The notes beneath the pieces are model-generated. The model was not told the origin of the DNA and did not search any database. It saw only the letters and a list, made by a program, of their open reading frames with translations. Both the position numbers and the translations under genes were made by a program. From Lophium mytilinum (taxonomy: Eukaryota), in the NCBI GenBank assembly GCA_010093605.1, contig MU004183.1, positions 1,736,001 to 1,800,000 on the forward strand: 64,000 nt of DNA. Reading direction: 5' to 3'. Shown piece after piece: positions 1 to 14,287 of the stretch. The stretch's first letter is position 1. Each line of letters opens with the position of its first letter.

Positions 1-162
1 AGTATGATAGACAATCTGTTCAACCTCTAACCCCAGCCAAATCTTGTAAAATATGACTTTACATCTACAACACACCCAGCTCGCCCTCCAAACCCCCGAT
101 ACAAAGATGTTTCTACAACGAAGATAAATCCACCCCTCTTCACCCTTTTCCATCTATAGCCC

Positions 163-1544
163 TCACGCCTTCTGATACCACTTTACCGAATTAATCAAGA
201 AGTAAGCGTCGGTGAATGCCGTTGGGTTGTCCCTCACATACGCCTCACACGTCCCCACCTTCGTGCTAGCATAACACCCCGTCCAATCCTCTCCTCCCCA
301 CGCCCCGTCCCCATAATTGCTCCCACAAAGATCAATATTAAACACCGTCGTCATCGACGCAAACGCAGTGCTCATATCACAGCTCGCCGGCTGCCAATCG
401 AGAATCGCCGCACTCCACGTGCTTGGGTCCGGGTTTCCAGAGGTAATATCACTGGGGATGCTGTCCCTCGGGAACTGCCAGATGCGAATCCCGTCGCTCT
501 CGACTTGTAAAGCCCACACGCCGCCCTTGTGGGAGTTGAAGGAGTCGCCAAAGGTGCCAGTGGGCCCGGTGATGTGGCAGCCGCCGTCGTCGAGGTTGCA
601 GTCGAAGTTGGGCGAGGTGCCGAGTTCGGCGGCGTTGCGCACAGCCATGGTGCAGGCTGGGCCGGTGTACATGCTGATGTCGTCGTGGTCTTGGAGGGCG
701 ACGCCCTCGACGATGTCGATTTCCGTGTAGGGGAGGTTGCCGTCGTTGTTGATGACCCAGCTGCCGGAAGGTTAACAAGACTTCTGACTAGTACTATTTT
801 GCTGGTTTTTTGTGGATCAAGGATGAAGGAAGGGGGAGATAGGGGAGGAGATAGGACGTACAAGGCTGGCCAGATCCCACAAGCCCCTCCAGGCATGTGT
901 TCGAAATCCCCGATTAGCAACCCATTGTTAAACGCGGTTTTGCTCTCTAGTCGCACACTGTCTCTCCCGCTGCTGGCGTCTTTCGAGGAAGTGTCCACGC
1001 CCAAATAAACTTGGTTGTTTTGGTACTTCGCTAGTCCGTCGCTTTTTGCAGTGGTCTCATCGACGTACTTGACGAAGCCTGAAGTAGGGTCGGTGTCGGT
1101 AAAGAATTTGAAGTTGTCGAAGAAATTCGTGGCGTCCCAGGAGGCGGCGATAGCGTAGCCTAAGGCGGACTCGGAGGAGATGGATTTGGAGGGGGTCGGC
1201 GCGGCAGCTGCGGCAGATGGCGAGGATGAAGAGGTGAATATGGACGATGAAGAGGTGTAGACGGATGGCGAGGGGGCGGATGGAGATGGGGCAGATACAG
1301 GTAGCACCGAGGTATATACAATGGGCGTGGATGTGGACGAAAGCGGTGCAGGGACAAATCCAGTTGGTGCAGAGTCGAACCCAGAGGATGCAGAACCAGT
1401 CGCATGCAGCGTAGATGTATTGGGAGTAGAGTAGCTAGGATGAACCCAATGGGGATGGGAGTGGTGGTGCTTGCGGGCCTGCGCAGGTACGAACGAGCCC
1501 AAAAGGAGGCCAGCAGTGGACGTAACAGTAATGATTGAACGCAT
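163..1544 (-). CDS. Secreted GH16 endo-1,3(4)-beta-glucanase (fungal Lam16A-like) with N-terminal Ser/Pro-rich region; 2 exons (1544-862, 760-163)
   Basis: Signal peptide and S/P/T-rich linker, then NFFDNFKFFTDTDPTSGFVKYVD...GRDSVRLES...HMPGGACGIWPAFW. Intron 761-861 (GTACGT..CAG) joins this to the catalytic EIDIVEG motif and a C-terminal AFTDAYFLINSVKWYQ. Confidence 0.92.
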
Positions 1545-2787
1545 GTTGGCAAAAAGAATGTAATGTCTCGTAGAGACTATAGTGTAGAAAAGAAGGTGGG
1601 TAGAAAATAAGATCCTACGAGGAGGTGAGGGTAAGGAAAGGAGAGTTACACAGAAGAAATAGGTCTGAGTATATACGTATGAGTATGCACGACTACCTAG
1701 ATCTACTTACGCAACGCCAGGGTCTCATTTGGGCCAACACAGTAAGCATGGCGTCTCGCCAATTGTCAATTGACCAATCTGTTCCTTCGTGGGGTTCTCT
1801 AAAGACCTTGGCAGCTGAGGCGATGGACCACCAACGTAGCATCTCCCCATTGCGCCGGAAGGATTCGACAGTAGTAAGGTGCAGGGAGGCGCCTATATCA
1901 CCCTGAGGTACGGAGGTACATCTTGAAGAGATTATGCACAGACAGCTGCGGACACGCCCAGGCCTTCTCTGGGAAACCCCAACAACCTCGTAGCCGCCGG
2001 GTCGGCAATTCGCTCGTTACGGGTTGCGGGAGGAAGATTCGGTTAGACTGCATGGATATGAGACAAGCCCATCGTTTAGAAACTCGGCACGTATCCATGA
2101 CTCGAGTTAGAGTTCCGGGTAAGAGTGCTTAGAGTGTGGTCGGTGCTTTTCTTTTATGCCCCTAACGCCTCGCTTGTTTCGTTGTAATTAGGTCTCCCAC
2201 TTGTTTCAAGCAGTGCTCGTTCGTTTCAAGAAGCATTGAGCAAAGTGGCTATGGTTCGATGCAACGACGGCTGAGATCCCTGAGGCTTAGTTCTGGCCAT
2301 CAAAACCCCACCTCACATGGTAAGATGATCTGAAGGATTTCTCGTTGTCTTTGACAGACCAGCGGTATTGTCCAAGATGCAGACCAAAAGCTTAGGTCTG
2401 TTACTAGATGCGCTGCAGCTGGATAGCTTTGCAGTCTTCAATGCAGTCCTCCGCACACTGCCAAAGACTGCCATAAGACTCCACCTGCCTCTTTAGGCAC
2501 ACAATTGACGTCCAATATTCGGAACTAAGTCCGCTCTAGGAGGCTACTATAAAGCCCTAGCAACTCCAGATAAGAAGTCTACTTCTGTAACCGTCAAGCC
2601 ACATCCTCTTTCAACGTAAGGTTGTGGAACGATGAAACCAATCGAGGCAACGTGAGAGGTACTTCCAAAAAGCGCAACTTCACTGCATAAAGCACGGGAA
2701 TATTTGAAGTTATAGGACCACCGTAGGATGAAGTACTAGAAGGAATGTGATACGTCGTGTTCAGACGTAGTCCGATACAATACGTCA

Positions 2788-5342
2788 TCAGCGTGTCTCC
2801 CATGTCAGCTCAAAGCCTCGAACTGATGACCCAAACTGCACCCTCTCGTTCTCTGGTTCAGGTTCGGGCAGTGGCTCGACTTCGCACATCTCTGCAAGCG
2901 GGAGCGAAGCCAGAGACTCGGTGTCTGATTCGATCTCGTTATTCGCCACATCGGTTTTTGGCATTAAGGTCAAAACCTCCATTTTCTTAAACATGGCAGC
3001 TGTTGGCTGCACAGTAGATGGGCGTTTTGGAAAAGGTGGTGCCTCTTCTTCCTCCATATCCATCATAGTAATTCGTCGGTTTCTAGGTCCATATTCGTCA
3101 TCTGAGGAATTAGACGTTGCACCGAGAGGGTCTGCCTTCATCTTCGATTCGGTGGGTACCACCGTCCTCGAGCTGGAGGACTGCGCTAACGAAGGGCGTG
3201 AAGCGGCCTCTTGACTCGTCGATTTCCACGGAGGATGATCCTTTGGCTTCTCATTCTGCTTCTTGTCCTGCATCTTCGATTCCTCTTCCCTGCGCTCGAC
3301 TAACTTCAAAGCCTTGACTTGCTCCTCAATTTGCGTCGCATCAACGTCTTCAAACCCTATTTTCCCCAAGATCGAACCAATCAGAAACCGGTATTTGTTA
3401 TGCCCAGTGATTAGTTCATTGATGTCTACATTCTGAACACCATGCACTCCTTTAACAGGCTGGAGTCCCGCAACTCCGAGCTGGATTTTGCTGGTTCGAT
3501 AGAGAAAACCTAGGATATAATCCTCTTTGCTGTAGACATTTACAACTCTTGCTGACACCACTGCACGGATCCTCCGCCAATCACTGCTGCTGGACGGAAC
3601 AGGAGAACCCAAAAAAGCCACCGACTCGATTAAACCGAAAGCATTTTGCTCTGCCAGCTCTAGCAGACAAGAGAAGATGACGCGAGCACCCAAGGAATAT
3701 CCTATTAGAGTGACTGGCCGTTCTCCCTGAACTTTGCTGATGAGGGCGTGGGCCAGGACCTTCCCAGCTTTGTCGCTCCTCGAAACAGCCACTGAGAAAG
3801 GGTTGTCCAGCACACTGGCCATTTTCAACAAGCCAAGCGGCCACAGCCCTGCATACAGGGCGCCGAGTAGAGTGCGACGAACTATTTCGATTTTAGCGCC
3901 TTCCCAGGCATAACTCTTGAAGACTTCGGTCAGTGATGTTCCAAGTCGAAGAAGTGCATCAAGCTCCCAACGGAGAGCGAATGGTTCGATTCCGGAGCAC
4001 TGTAAGACGTCCCAAGGTTTGGTAACATCTGATTCGGAGTTGAGCCAGCCACTGACGCCGATGGCTACGCGCAGTCTGTGCTGTTCTTGCTGCCTAGAGT
4101 CGCGAAGAGACATCTCCTCTGTACGATACTGACTGGCAGGCGTGTATGAAGCTGGGGCATTGTATCAGTTGATAATTTCGAAGATAGCGCAGACAGATGA
4201 GCAAGTCAAGACTGTAGAATTCACATACCTCGAATCGGGATGAATCGAAAATCTTGAACCTCTTTAGCGTACTGATCCATAATCTTCCCAGTCATCTTCC
4301 CACCATACGCCCCAAACAAACTCCCAACGAGAACGGTACTGCCCGCTAAAGCGCCGAGGTAGCCCGATATGACAGTAGCCCCTAGACCAAGCCCACCCAT
4401 CACAGTGCCAACACCAGCCGCCAGTAGAGGTGCAGCTAGGCCTCCAGTGACACCGATCAGGACAGCTCCGCCGACGGTCGCGAGACCGACCTTCCATCTA
4501 CGTGCCACAGCGTCATCGGATGCTTTCTTCTTTGTAGACTTATCTGCATCCATATGCGAAGCAGCGGTGGCAAGAAGGCCTTGCGCTACAGATTTCTCAT
4601 GGTCGGCGAGAACTGCTACAGGCAGACGAAGACTACTGGAGATATGAAGCAGAAGGACGCGAGAATGGGCAGGATAGTGCTCGAGACTAAGCAACAACAG
4701 AAGTAGACAATGAAGTATAAAAACACGCTTTGACTCTTCAAGCTTAGCCAGTATGGTTGGTATGGCAGTATACCCGTGCGTTCCGATCGCAGGCGCATTG
4801 TCAACAGCCTCATCGGTGCTCTCTCCCTCAGCCCAATTCAAGTAGTCTATGTCGCGCTTCGCTTTCTCCGCCGCCTCGGTCTCTGCCCTGCGTTTAGCCT
4901 TCGCCCGCCGAACTACTTCCCCACGTACACCAAGCACATCGCAGATTCGCTGCATGACTCCGGCGCGCCACTTATCGAAGAATGTTAGGGCAGCGCGTCG
5001 TAGACCTTGCATTTGCGCGGACGAGACTTCGCGTTCCCTCTGTGTCCTTGCGTGCTCCTCTGCCACCGCCGTGCCATCCTCAGGGCCATCAAAGCTTATA
5101 AGGTCTTGTCCTGTGCCAGCGTTGGGGCTTGGAATGGGGCTGGAGCCTGTGGCAGTCGGGATTGAGGCATCAAAGGTGGAAGCGAGGTCATTCCGCATGG
5201 AGTCTATGCAGAGGAGTACGAGGAGAGCGAGTTCGGTGCGGAGGCCTGGCGTGTCTAGGATGGAGGTGAGGGAAGCTTCCTCCTCTTTCTTCTTCAGTGA
5301 TGGGGCATCGTTGGAAGCCCAGTTTCCGATTTTTCCGAACAT
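2788..5342 (-). CDS. DUF726 / TMCO4 / Mil1-like membrane alpha/beta-hydrolase; intron 4152-4228
   Basis: RRWKVGLATVGGAVLIGVTGGLAAPLLAAG hydrophobic block, PVTLIGYSLGARVI GxSxG motif and VNVYSKEDYILGFLYR. Two ORFs are joined by a GTATGT..CAG intron. Confidence 0.9.
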
Positions 5343-6055
5343 TGTTGACAGGGTCAGCTTTCAGTAGTCTTGGGCAAGACGTGATCTCAGTTTGAAGGTT
5401 GAGAATGTGGGAAAGGTGACCCCAGAGTATTTCGAAACACCAGAGTCATGCTGGAAGGACGCTGCGCCGCAATCCTTCGGCAGGCGCCAGCACGCTCAGC
5501 GGGAAAGAGCGCTCAGTGAAACTTGAGATCTATCATAGCTTGAAGGAGCTGAACACAGAGCCCTGCAGCGCATATCATGGGCTGTAGCTGTGGATGCTCC
5601 CAAATGTTTATGAGAGGTGGTTCTATCGACGTGGCCCGTGCGTTCTCCGCTATGTCCGCTTCCTTCTAAGCCTCAAGCTCGTACGTCGCAATACCCCAAA
5701 GCATCAAGTAGAGCAATCAATAGCATTAGAGAGTGGACATGGCCTCAATGTAAGACATACCTACATCAAAGAAGCCACATCTTGAGCTCATAAAAGTAAC
5801 TTCACGATTCCAATATTCTTTAAATTCAATCTACTCTCAACATCAAGAACTTCAAAACCTGCATTGAATCATAAACTACCATACGTCCCTTATGCCAATC
5901 TCACCACACAAAGTGCCTAAACAACTTAGCACCAAGCCCTCATCACGAAACAACCTCATCGAATGGCAGCCCTCCCAAGCCTCGATATAACGCAGCTTCC
6001 GGAGCCACACCCTCCGTGTGTCATCAATATCAAACTACCCGCATCGAGAAGATTG

Positions 6056-6069
6056 CGGGTGCCGGCCCG
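6056..6069 (+). promoter_or_regulatory. Putative CGG-N8-CCG Zn2Cys6 (ClrB/CLR-2-type) site upstream of the LPMO gene
   Basis: CGGgtgccggcCCG about 450 bp upstream of the AA9 ATG; TATAAA at 6412-6417. The motif is short and could be chance. Confidence 0.35.
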
Positions 6070-6517
6070 ACGGGCACGTAAGTCCATGCGTCTTCTCACT
6101 CTTTAGTGTTTCGATGAGGCGCGCCAATCATCGTCGATCGTTTGAGCGAGATCCTTGTGGGTTGACGGGAAGTTAAGCTTATTCTGTATGCAGCGGGTGG
6201 CGTCGATAGTGCGAGATGGAGATGTGAAAGGCATGGGGGAGTAGATGAAGGGGGGATGCGGAGGTGCCAAGGTGGACGAGCAGGTGACCATTACGTTGGA
6301 CTTGCTCTTGAATGGGCAGTGGTTGTGTCTGGTGATTTAAGTAGAGTAAGTAAATATTGCTTTACTCTCCGTGGTAGCATTGATATTGCGGTATGGGGAA
6401 AGATGGGGGAGTATAAAGAGTCGTGCAGTCCATATCCGTTCTCTGTCCCTTCCTCTCTCCTGCTCACATCATATCATATTGTAGCTCACATTCTCGAACC
6501 ATCCGCCAACCTACATC

Positions 6518-7489
6518 ATGAAGCTCACCATCACCGCCCTCCTCTCTCTCCCTCTTCTCGCTACCGCTCACACGATCGCCCAGCGCGTCTCAGTCAACGG
6601 CAATGACTTCGGTCAGCTCGTTGGCATCCGATCCCCCGACTCTGACAACCCGATCCAGGACGTCAATTCTGGGAATATGGCATGCAATACCGGCTTCCAC
6701 TCGCCCGTATCATCAAAGGTCATCGATGTGCCTGTTGGTGCGAAGGTCGGCGTCATGTGGGGACACGTCATTGGGGGTGCCCAATCGGCAGGAGACCCGG
6801 ACAACCCCATTGCGAAGAGCCACAAGGGGCCTGTTATTTTCTACATGTGAGTTGGAAGAGGAAGACGTTTGGGGGGATGAGGCTGATGTTTGATAGGGCG
6901 AAGGTCGATAATGCGGCTTCGTCGGGGACGAGTGGGTTGAAGTGGTTCAAGGTGTCCCAAGACGGCCTTGATAGTAGTGGGCAGTGGGGTGTGGATCGGA
7001 TGATTAGTAACAGCGGGTGGACGTACTTTACCATGCCGAGTTGTTTAGCGTCTGGAAACTACTTGCTGAGGGCTGAGATAATTGGTGAGTCTCCTGCTGG
7101 AAGGGCTTTGGTGATTGAAAGTGGGCTGACTGGTGGCTAGCTCTTCATTCTGCCTCAACTCAGGGGCAGGCGCAGTTTTACGTAAGTTAGGCCCCGATGT
7201 CGGTAGATGTTGAAGGGACGCATGCTGACTGTTGGCTTTTTTTAGATGGAATGCGCCCAAATCAACGTAACGGGTGGTGGGTCCGCGAATCCCTCCACTG
7301 TTAGCTTTCCGGGTACATATAGCGCAACTGACCCGTAAGTGTTCTAATGCATAGAGTGGTTTTCCTTTTGAAGTCAGAAGACTAAGCCGTTGCAGGGGTA
7401 TTCTGATCAACATATACGACAACAGCGGCAATCCAACTGGTGGTGGCAAGCCCTATACGGTTCCAGGCCCTGCAGCCTTCACTTGCTAA
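6518..7489 (+). CDS. AA9 lytic polysaccharide monooxygenase (C4-oxidising type, no CBM); exons 6518-6846, 6897-7084, 7141-7181, 7246-7334, 7396-7489
   Basis: Signal peptide cleavage leaves N-terminal His ([11 protein letters not shown]); second His in [23 protein letters not shown] motif. The HVIGGAQ..DPDNPIA insert is typical of C4-oxidisers. All four introns are GT-AG and keep the frame. Confidence 0.96.
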
Positions 7490-9561
7490 GAATAGCTTCG
7501 TTCCGGTAGTTTGGTAGGAAAAAGGAGCCACGTGGACTAACATGAATCAAAAAGTGCCTTATCTTTGATGCCTCCTTGCCCCTAGGTCACAACCTACGTT
7601 GGGCCAGCAGTGAACGTGAATGGCAGTGAGAAACAGTTATTCCCAGCCATGACCCATCAAATCCATCTAGTCTTGTTGCCACACGAGCCCATGGGCGGTG
7701 AATGCTACGCTAAGTGAATTGCATAGCAGATTGGACAGAGCTTATCGTGTGTGCCGTTTCTACTTTTCCTTGTGCTCCCGCATTCTCTGAGAGAGCACGC
7801 GACGACGCGGAGCCCCGGTAGCCAGGTTGCTCATGCGTAGCAGCTTGGCCCCAGGTTTATGCTGACTACGAAGACGAGGGAGTCGCACTGATCTGCTTGC
7901 TTTTGGTCGTGTATACACGGTATTTCTCGGCCACGTTGCCGAGGCTTGAAAATCATCTGCAAGACTAGAAAATAGAAGACGAATAATATGAGATAAGTGA
8001 CCCGATATAGTGGTAATGACCTTGATTGGGTCGTTAGCTAGTCGTTACGTTGTCCATATGATTCCAATGCGGGTTGGAAGAGTGCTGGACCGTCTGATAG
8101 GCCCTGCTTCTAGCTGTAAAGCGCAAGCTGGGCGAAAACTCCAACATGCAAGAAGCCAATAGAAGTCACAACCGGAAGCCACCGGATGAGGCTGGGCTTG
8201 CTAATGTTAAAATCTAGGAAGGTCGTGATCATAGAGCGTTTCGATTCATTAGTGTCGGAACGAGTCAAGCTGATATCAAAGTCGCGCACCCTGTGGTGTG
8301 ATTCGTTAATGCAGGAAGCTACCTCATATTGTCGCAACTGAGGTCAGAATGGTAGAGGATAATGCAAACGAATGCGAATGTAGGGTGTCGGTGTAGGAGC
8401 AGTGAATGTACCCTGGCGGTGCATGATCGGCGCTAGGGGTTTCGGACGCCGCTTAGGACTGGGATGCCCTGAACCCATGCTCGGCCGAAGCTGAAAAGCA
8501 TGGGCAATGCGTGAAACTAACCCGACGCCAGTGGTGACGGCGGACTGGATGGCGGGAGCACGACAGAAATCCGGGATTCCGTCTCCATGGCCGCAGTGGT
8601 CCCACAACGTAGGCGCTTTTTCGACATCAACCACCACGAATAATGAGCAAGCATACTGCATATGTACAAGTAGAGTGATGTTGAGAACAGGATGCGGGAG
8701 CGGGGCGGGAACGCTGATAGCCCTGGAGGCGTGTTGAAGGTTGCATATCCCGTCAGCACGGAGTGGGGACGCTAACTTTACGTAGGTCGAGGCGCTTGAG
8801 TGCCGTCATATCGAGATGAAAGCCCGCTTCCTACTGCTGCATTACCGGGGCTGCATCCAGGGCATCATTTTAGCTGCAGTCTGTGGTGTTTGTTCTTGAG
8901 TCCTGGATCAGGAGAGGAATCAAATAGGGGTCGTCAACGAGAGACTTATCGACCACGTTCCTTCAACCTTGACCCGGACCGCTGTGCCACCTAAGCGTCC
9001 CGCCTGTTCTGCTCTCCGCAGCGACCATCTCGGACCTAAGCTTTCTTCGCAGCCTCCCCGTGCTCTTTTGCACCCACAAATGGACCCTGTGGTGCGGCTG
9101 ACCGCAGTAGTGGGAGAGAGGAAGGAGCTGAGGCGCCCGATAACAAATTAAATGCACGATGAGGCCAGTGGGCCTGCGCCAATATTCCCATGGCCATGGG
9201 CTCTAGTGGCTATCTGCCGCCTTTAGGCGCTTGGGACCCATCCGGGAGTTCGGCACACCCTTTGGCACTGACTGCTCCACCACCCCCAGGGATCTCCACC
9301 AAGTGCGGCAACCACCCAGATCCCCACATACAAATGAACCCCAACCCCCATCCTGGGCCTAGGAGCCATAGTTCGCCCCAATCTGCAAGCATTACGCCAG
9401 CTTCTCTCCGTCTACTACTTCCCCGCCGCTCCTTCCTCTCATGCTGGCTTGTCTCTTTGCTACCTTCGTTCGAGATACGTCACCAGCTTTCAGGCCGGAA
9501 CCCTAACAAACAACGCCTCCTAGACAGACAATAATACCAACTGTCCTGCCAGCCAATCAAT

Positions 9562-11575
9562 ATGTCTGGAGCCCCGTTCGGCTCTCCTGCTCGGCGCAGC
9601 GAGATCATCGAACTGGCCGCTCAGGAAGGTCATGACGCCGATGTACCTTCCAACGTGGGTTTCATCGAGGAACATGAGAAAGCACACCACAAAAAGCATT
9701 CGCCGGAGACCGCAAAGTCCACGGACGGTGACCTGGAAAAGGATCTGGAAAAGAACGGCGACGCTGCATCGCTATCGAGTGAAGACGACGCGGCAGAAGA
9801 GGGTGCCGAGGAACCAGACCCGAACGTGGTATTCTGGGACGGCCCAGATGATCCCGAGAACCCATTGAACTGGTAGGGACTTACATTGCAACCGATTTAC
9901 ATTTTGTTTACATTACAACAGGTCGTTCTTCAAGAAGTGGGGAACTGTGGGAATTGTGTCCGCCCTCACCTTCCTTACTCCACTGGCATCTTCTGCCTTT
10001 GCACCGGGTGTTCCTGAAGTTATGGCGGAATTCCATTCGACAAGTCAGCTACTGGAAAGTTTCATGGTATCCGTTTACGTTCTTGGATTTGCCTTTGGAC
10101 CACTGAGTAAGTTCTGTGGTTGACTGATCTTGGCCAATACTGATTCCTTAGTCTTTGCTCCCTTATCCGAAATGTACGGTCGATTGCCGATATACCATAT
10201 CTGCAATGTTCTGTTCATCATTTTTACGGTTGCCGCGGCGGTTAGTACCAACATGAGCATGTTCGTGGTCTTTCGATTCTTTATGGGGTGTAAGTGAACT
10301 GCAAATCCCAGGCTGTGGCGGTTGTGCTGATTCCAGGTCAGCTGCTGGAGGGGCTCCTCTTGCTCTTGGAGGGGGAACAATTGCAGATCTGATTAGTAGA
10401 GAACAGCGAGGCACCGCTATGGCTCTTTGGCTATTGGGTCCAAGTAGGTGTTCGCCCCTAGCCTTGAGGTCGTGATCACTGACTGACCAAACTAGCCATG
10501 GGCCCATGCATAGGCCCAATCATTGGAGGATTCCTCACGCAGGCGAAGGGTTGGCGCTGGAATTTCTGGCTCATAGCAATTTTGGTGAAAATGATTGAAA
10601 CCTCTTAGGTGGCACCCGCTGATACTGTTGCAGACCGGAGGATTCGCTTGTATATCTTTCGTTCTGATGAGAGAGACATCCGCTCCCGTTATTCTTGCCC
10701 GGAAAGCGAAACGACTCCGCAAAGAGACCGGGAATCCGAACCTTCGATCGAAACTGGAGAGTAAACTCTCTGGCAAAGAACTTTTCTGGCTGTCTATCAT
10801 ACGGCCAACGAAGATGCTGACCCGCTCGTGGATTTGCTTTTTGATATCGCTATACGTGGCAATAACCTACGCGTACCTGTATATCCTCTTCACTACGTTC
10901 ACCAGCGTCTTTGAAAAGCAGTATGGCTTCAGCGGGTCTGTTGTGGGCCTATCATTCCTTGGTCTCGGTATCGGGTCAGTGACCGGCCAATTCGTCTTCA
11001 CCTGGGCTGGCAACAAGACGGCGACCAAGCATATCCAGAGAGGTGACTTCAAAGCTGAGCATCGCTTGGAAATCATGTTGCCGGGCGGGTTCTTCATTCC
11101 GATTGGATTGTTTTGGTACGGATGGTCTGTTCAGGCTGGGGTCCACTGGATTGTGCCAATCCTTGGAACCTCTTTTGTAGGATTTGGATTGCTCTTGACT
11201 TTTGTAAGCTCTTTATCATTCGACCTTCTTAGGCAAGAGTGCATTCCACTAACAAAACCTCTCAGATGCCTGCCAACACCTATCTTGTCGAAGTTTTTAC
11301 GGTGCATGCAGCGAGTGCAATGGCGGCTAACACCGTAATGAGGTCCGTTGCTGCCTCACTACTCCCACTGTCTAGTCAGCAAATGTACAAAGTCATGGTT
11401 AGCGACATTCCTACTCTCCCCCTTTATAAACACTGGCATGCGTACTAATGCCTTGAAGGGATACGGATGGGGAAACTCCCTGCTCGGGTTTATCTCTTTG
11501 GCCCTCGTGCCTATCCCTTTCGTCTTCCTGAAGTATGGCGAAAGGATACGCAAAAGCTCAAAGGTTATCACTTGA
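9562..11575 (+). CDS. MFS DHA1-family multidrug/polyamine transporter, multi-exon
   Basis: [41 protein letters not shown] and [14 protein letters not shown] motifs across about 7 introns. Confidence 0.93.
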
Positions 11576-12682
11576 TAGGCCTGGGATCGTATGGCTTTCG
11601 AAATTTGAAAAGGAAAGAGACCCAAGTCGGATTCAACCTCCGACTGCAAGCACTGCTGTTCGCCTCACGGTGTGCTTTCTAAGTCCACCTTCGGCTCGTT
11701 CTGGCTGCGGTTTCTATCGACGAATTGGCTGAGAAATACACGGATCGATAGATTCGCTCGCCGCACCGCAGGGCATTCAGGATCGGGCTCTGGCGATGGC
11801 ATGAGGGAGCGGTTACGACAAAGGGACTGCAAAGATAATGTTTTCACGTACCTCCACACAAGCTCGCTCCGAATATCTGCTCAGCTACCGGAAGGACGAC
11901 ATCAGAGTAGCCGAACGGCTGCGTGGACGTAAAAGAGAACATAGATGTAGTAGGACACAAGATTTGTTGCAACGTTTTGACATCGCTTGTGGTGATTTGA
12001 TGTACCAATACAGATATGGAGCAACGAATGGCAGGTCTGATTCGGTGCTCTTTGCCGTAACCTGAGGCCGCTCGGACAGATGTCAGCCCTAGTTAAGGAA
12101 GGGTTTGAATATGCTCCAGACGGCCAAAAGTTCTTCGAAGCACTGCAAGCTGTATCGAAAAGGCGTAAGACAGCTTTCGTCCTAACAAGGTACTAAGGTT
12201 CTGCGAACTGTAGCGTACGAGCCAGGGCGACAGGAGGAATGCTAAACTGCCCAAAGACAAAAGTAACAACTTCAGAAGACAATCTCTTATACTCACCGCT
12301 TTGACTGTCTTCAAATATCAGATTACCAAGATAGACGTGACTTGCCGAGCCTCCCATCCATCAGCAAATGCTGACAACCAACAACAAAAGACACCCCTCG
12401 TCTATAACACCCTCGCCCTGTACGACTCGTCCTCTTCTCAAAGAAACAACAGTACCTCGGCCTTACCTATCACATCCACGCCCCGTGCCCCACTTACCCT
12501 ATCAAGGAATCAGCTATAGCTTCCCGCAACCCCACTATTTCCCTAGCCTTATTTACGATTAAATCCCTTCTTCCGACGACGTCCGCCATCTTGATTCCTC
12601 AACACCATGCCCGCACACCCATATTTCTAACACCCCAACCCCCAATTGCACCCCCGTAACCTGTGACGAGAAAATCCACATA

Positions 12683-13971
12683 ATGGCGACCACGCTCCCC
12701 CCAACCTCGAAATCCCTAACCTTCCTCGCGCCCGCCTCCCCGCCCCACGTCATCTCAACCCCCCTCGCACCCCCGGCAGCCAGCGAACTCGTCGTGAAAG
12801 TGCACGCCGCAGCGATCAACCCGGTAGACATCCAGCTCTACAACTCCGGGCTGCTCGGGTGGCTGGCGGGGAAGAAAGAGAAGGGCATCGGGCGAGACTA
12901 CTCCGGGACCGTCGTCGCAGTCGGCGCGAGCGTCAAGGGGTGGAAAGAGGGGGACGAGGTGTTTGGGTTGATTACTAGGCCAGTGAGTAATAGCCCTCTC
13001 GAGTCATGATGAATAGGGCAATTTGGTAGTTTTTGGGAGAGCGAGATATTGACGTCTTTTTCGTGTATTCTAGACAGGCGAAGGCACGATCAGCGAATAC
13101 GTCCACCCGGTCGTGGGCAAAGACCCCCTCGCGAAGAAGCCGACATGCTGGACACACGAGCTGGCGGCCGCGGTGCCATTGGTCGTGCTCACCGCGTTCT
13201 CGTGTCTGGACTGGTTGCCGGCGGATAAGAAGAAGAACGGGTTCGGGAGGGTGGTTGTGGCGGGCGCGTCTGGGGGCGTGGGGATGTGGTGTGTGCAATG
13301 TGAGTTTCCCATTAGACTGGATCTCAACGTAAAGGAAACGGGCTCTAACAGTAGACACCCAGTGGCCAAGAAGCTCTACAACTGTCACGTAACGGGCATC
13401 TGTTCTGCCAAAAACGCAGACTTCGTGCGCGAGATGGGCGCGGATGAGGTACATACACCCGTCCCCAATCCAACACCTGTTACGCACTGCTAACCACAAC
13501 ACATTCGGGTAGGTCGTCGACTACACCTCTGAATTCGTCGGCCAAGCGCTCCTCGAAGGCCTCCCCGCTGGCCGCCAATACGACCTCTACATCGACTGCG
13601 TTGGCGGCACCGAGATCTTCGAAGACCTCTACACCCTGCTGCACCCCAACGCCGCCTACGTAACAATCGTGGGCGACAAGACGAGGCGGACGGCCATGGG
13701 CGGCCCGCTCACGTACTTAACCAACCCAGCGCAGGTGCTGCGGTTTATCAAAGGGCTGATCTGGGGGCCGCGGTACGCAAATATCTTGCTGTACGCGAAG
13801 AGCGAGCTGTTGGAGCAGGTGGCGGGCTTGGCGGAGAGGGGGGAGGCGGAGGTGGTGGTGCAAGAGGTTGTGAAGGGGGTTTTGGAGGACGGGAGTGATG
13901 CGTGGAAGAAGATATATGATTTCATGGAGGGTGGGAGGGTTAGAGGGAAGATTGTGGCTGCGATTGAGTGA
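12683..13971 (+). CDS. MDR-family NADPH quinone oxidoreductase (Yim1/RTN4IP1-like), multi-exon
   Basis: VVKVHAAAINPVD, GRDYSGTVV, VVVAGASGGVG nucleotide-binding motif, C-terminal GRVRGKIV. Confidence 0.9.
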
Positions 13972-14287
13972 TGAGTGGTGTATCGCTATCCTTGATAGTC
14001 AGCTGTAAATACTTGTGGGCATGTTCTGTCGCTGTTTTAGGAAGCAGGTACGTCGTCGCATTTACAATAAAATGAAAATGAACACTTAAAACACAGATGC
14101 GGGCTTCTGGACAGTGGTTAGGTAGCATCTAGGAAGAGAAAGGTGAACTCTTATATTGGTATCGAGAGCCTATCAGCGCGTGCCTCGGGGAAATGACGTT
14201 AGAGGCATAGCATATAGCTAGTTGTAAATGCTTTCCTTCACGCCTCATACCTATCTTCCAAATATCCATTCCAATAATCGTAAGCGA

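Noticed and set aside
8110..9534. Short ORFs upstream of the MFS gene
   Set aside because: No recognisable motifs, codon bias or splice-supported model; treated as promoter/intergenic.
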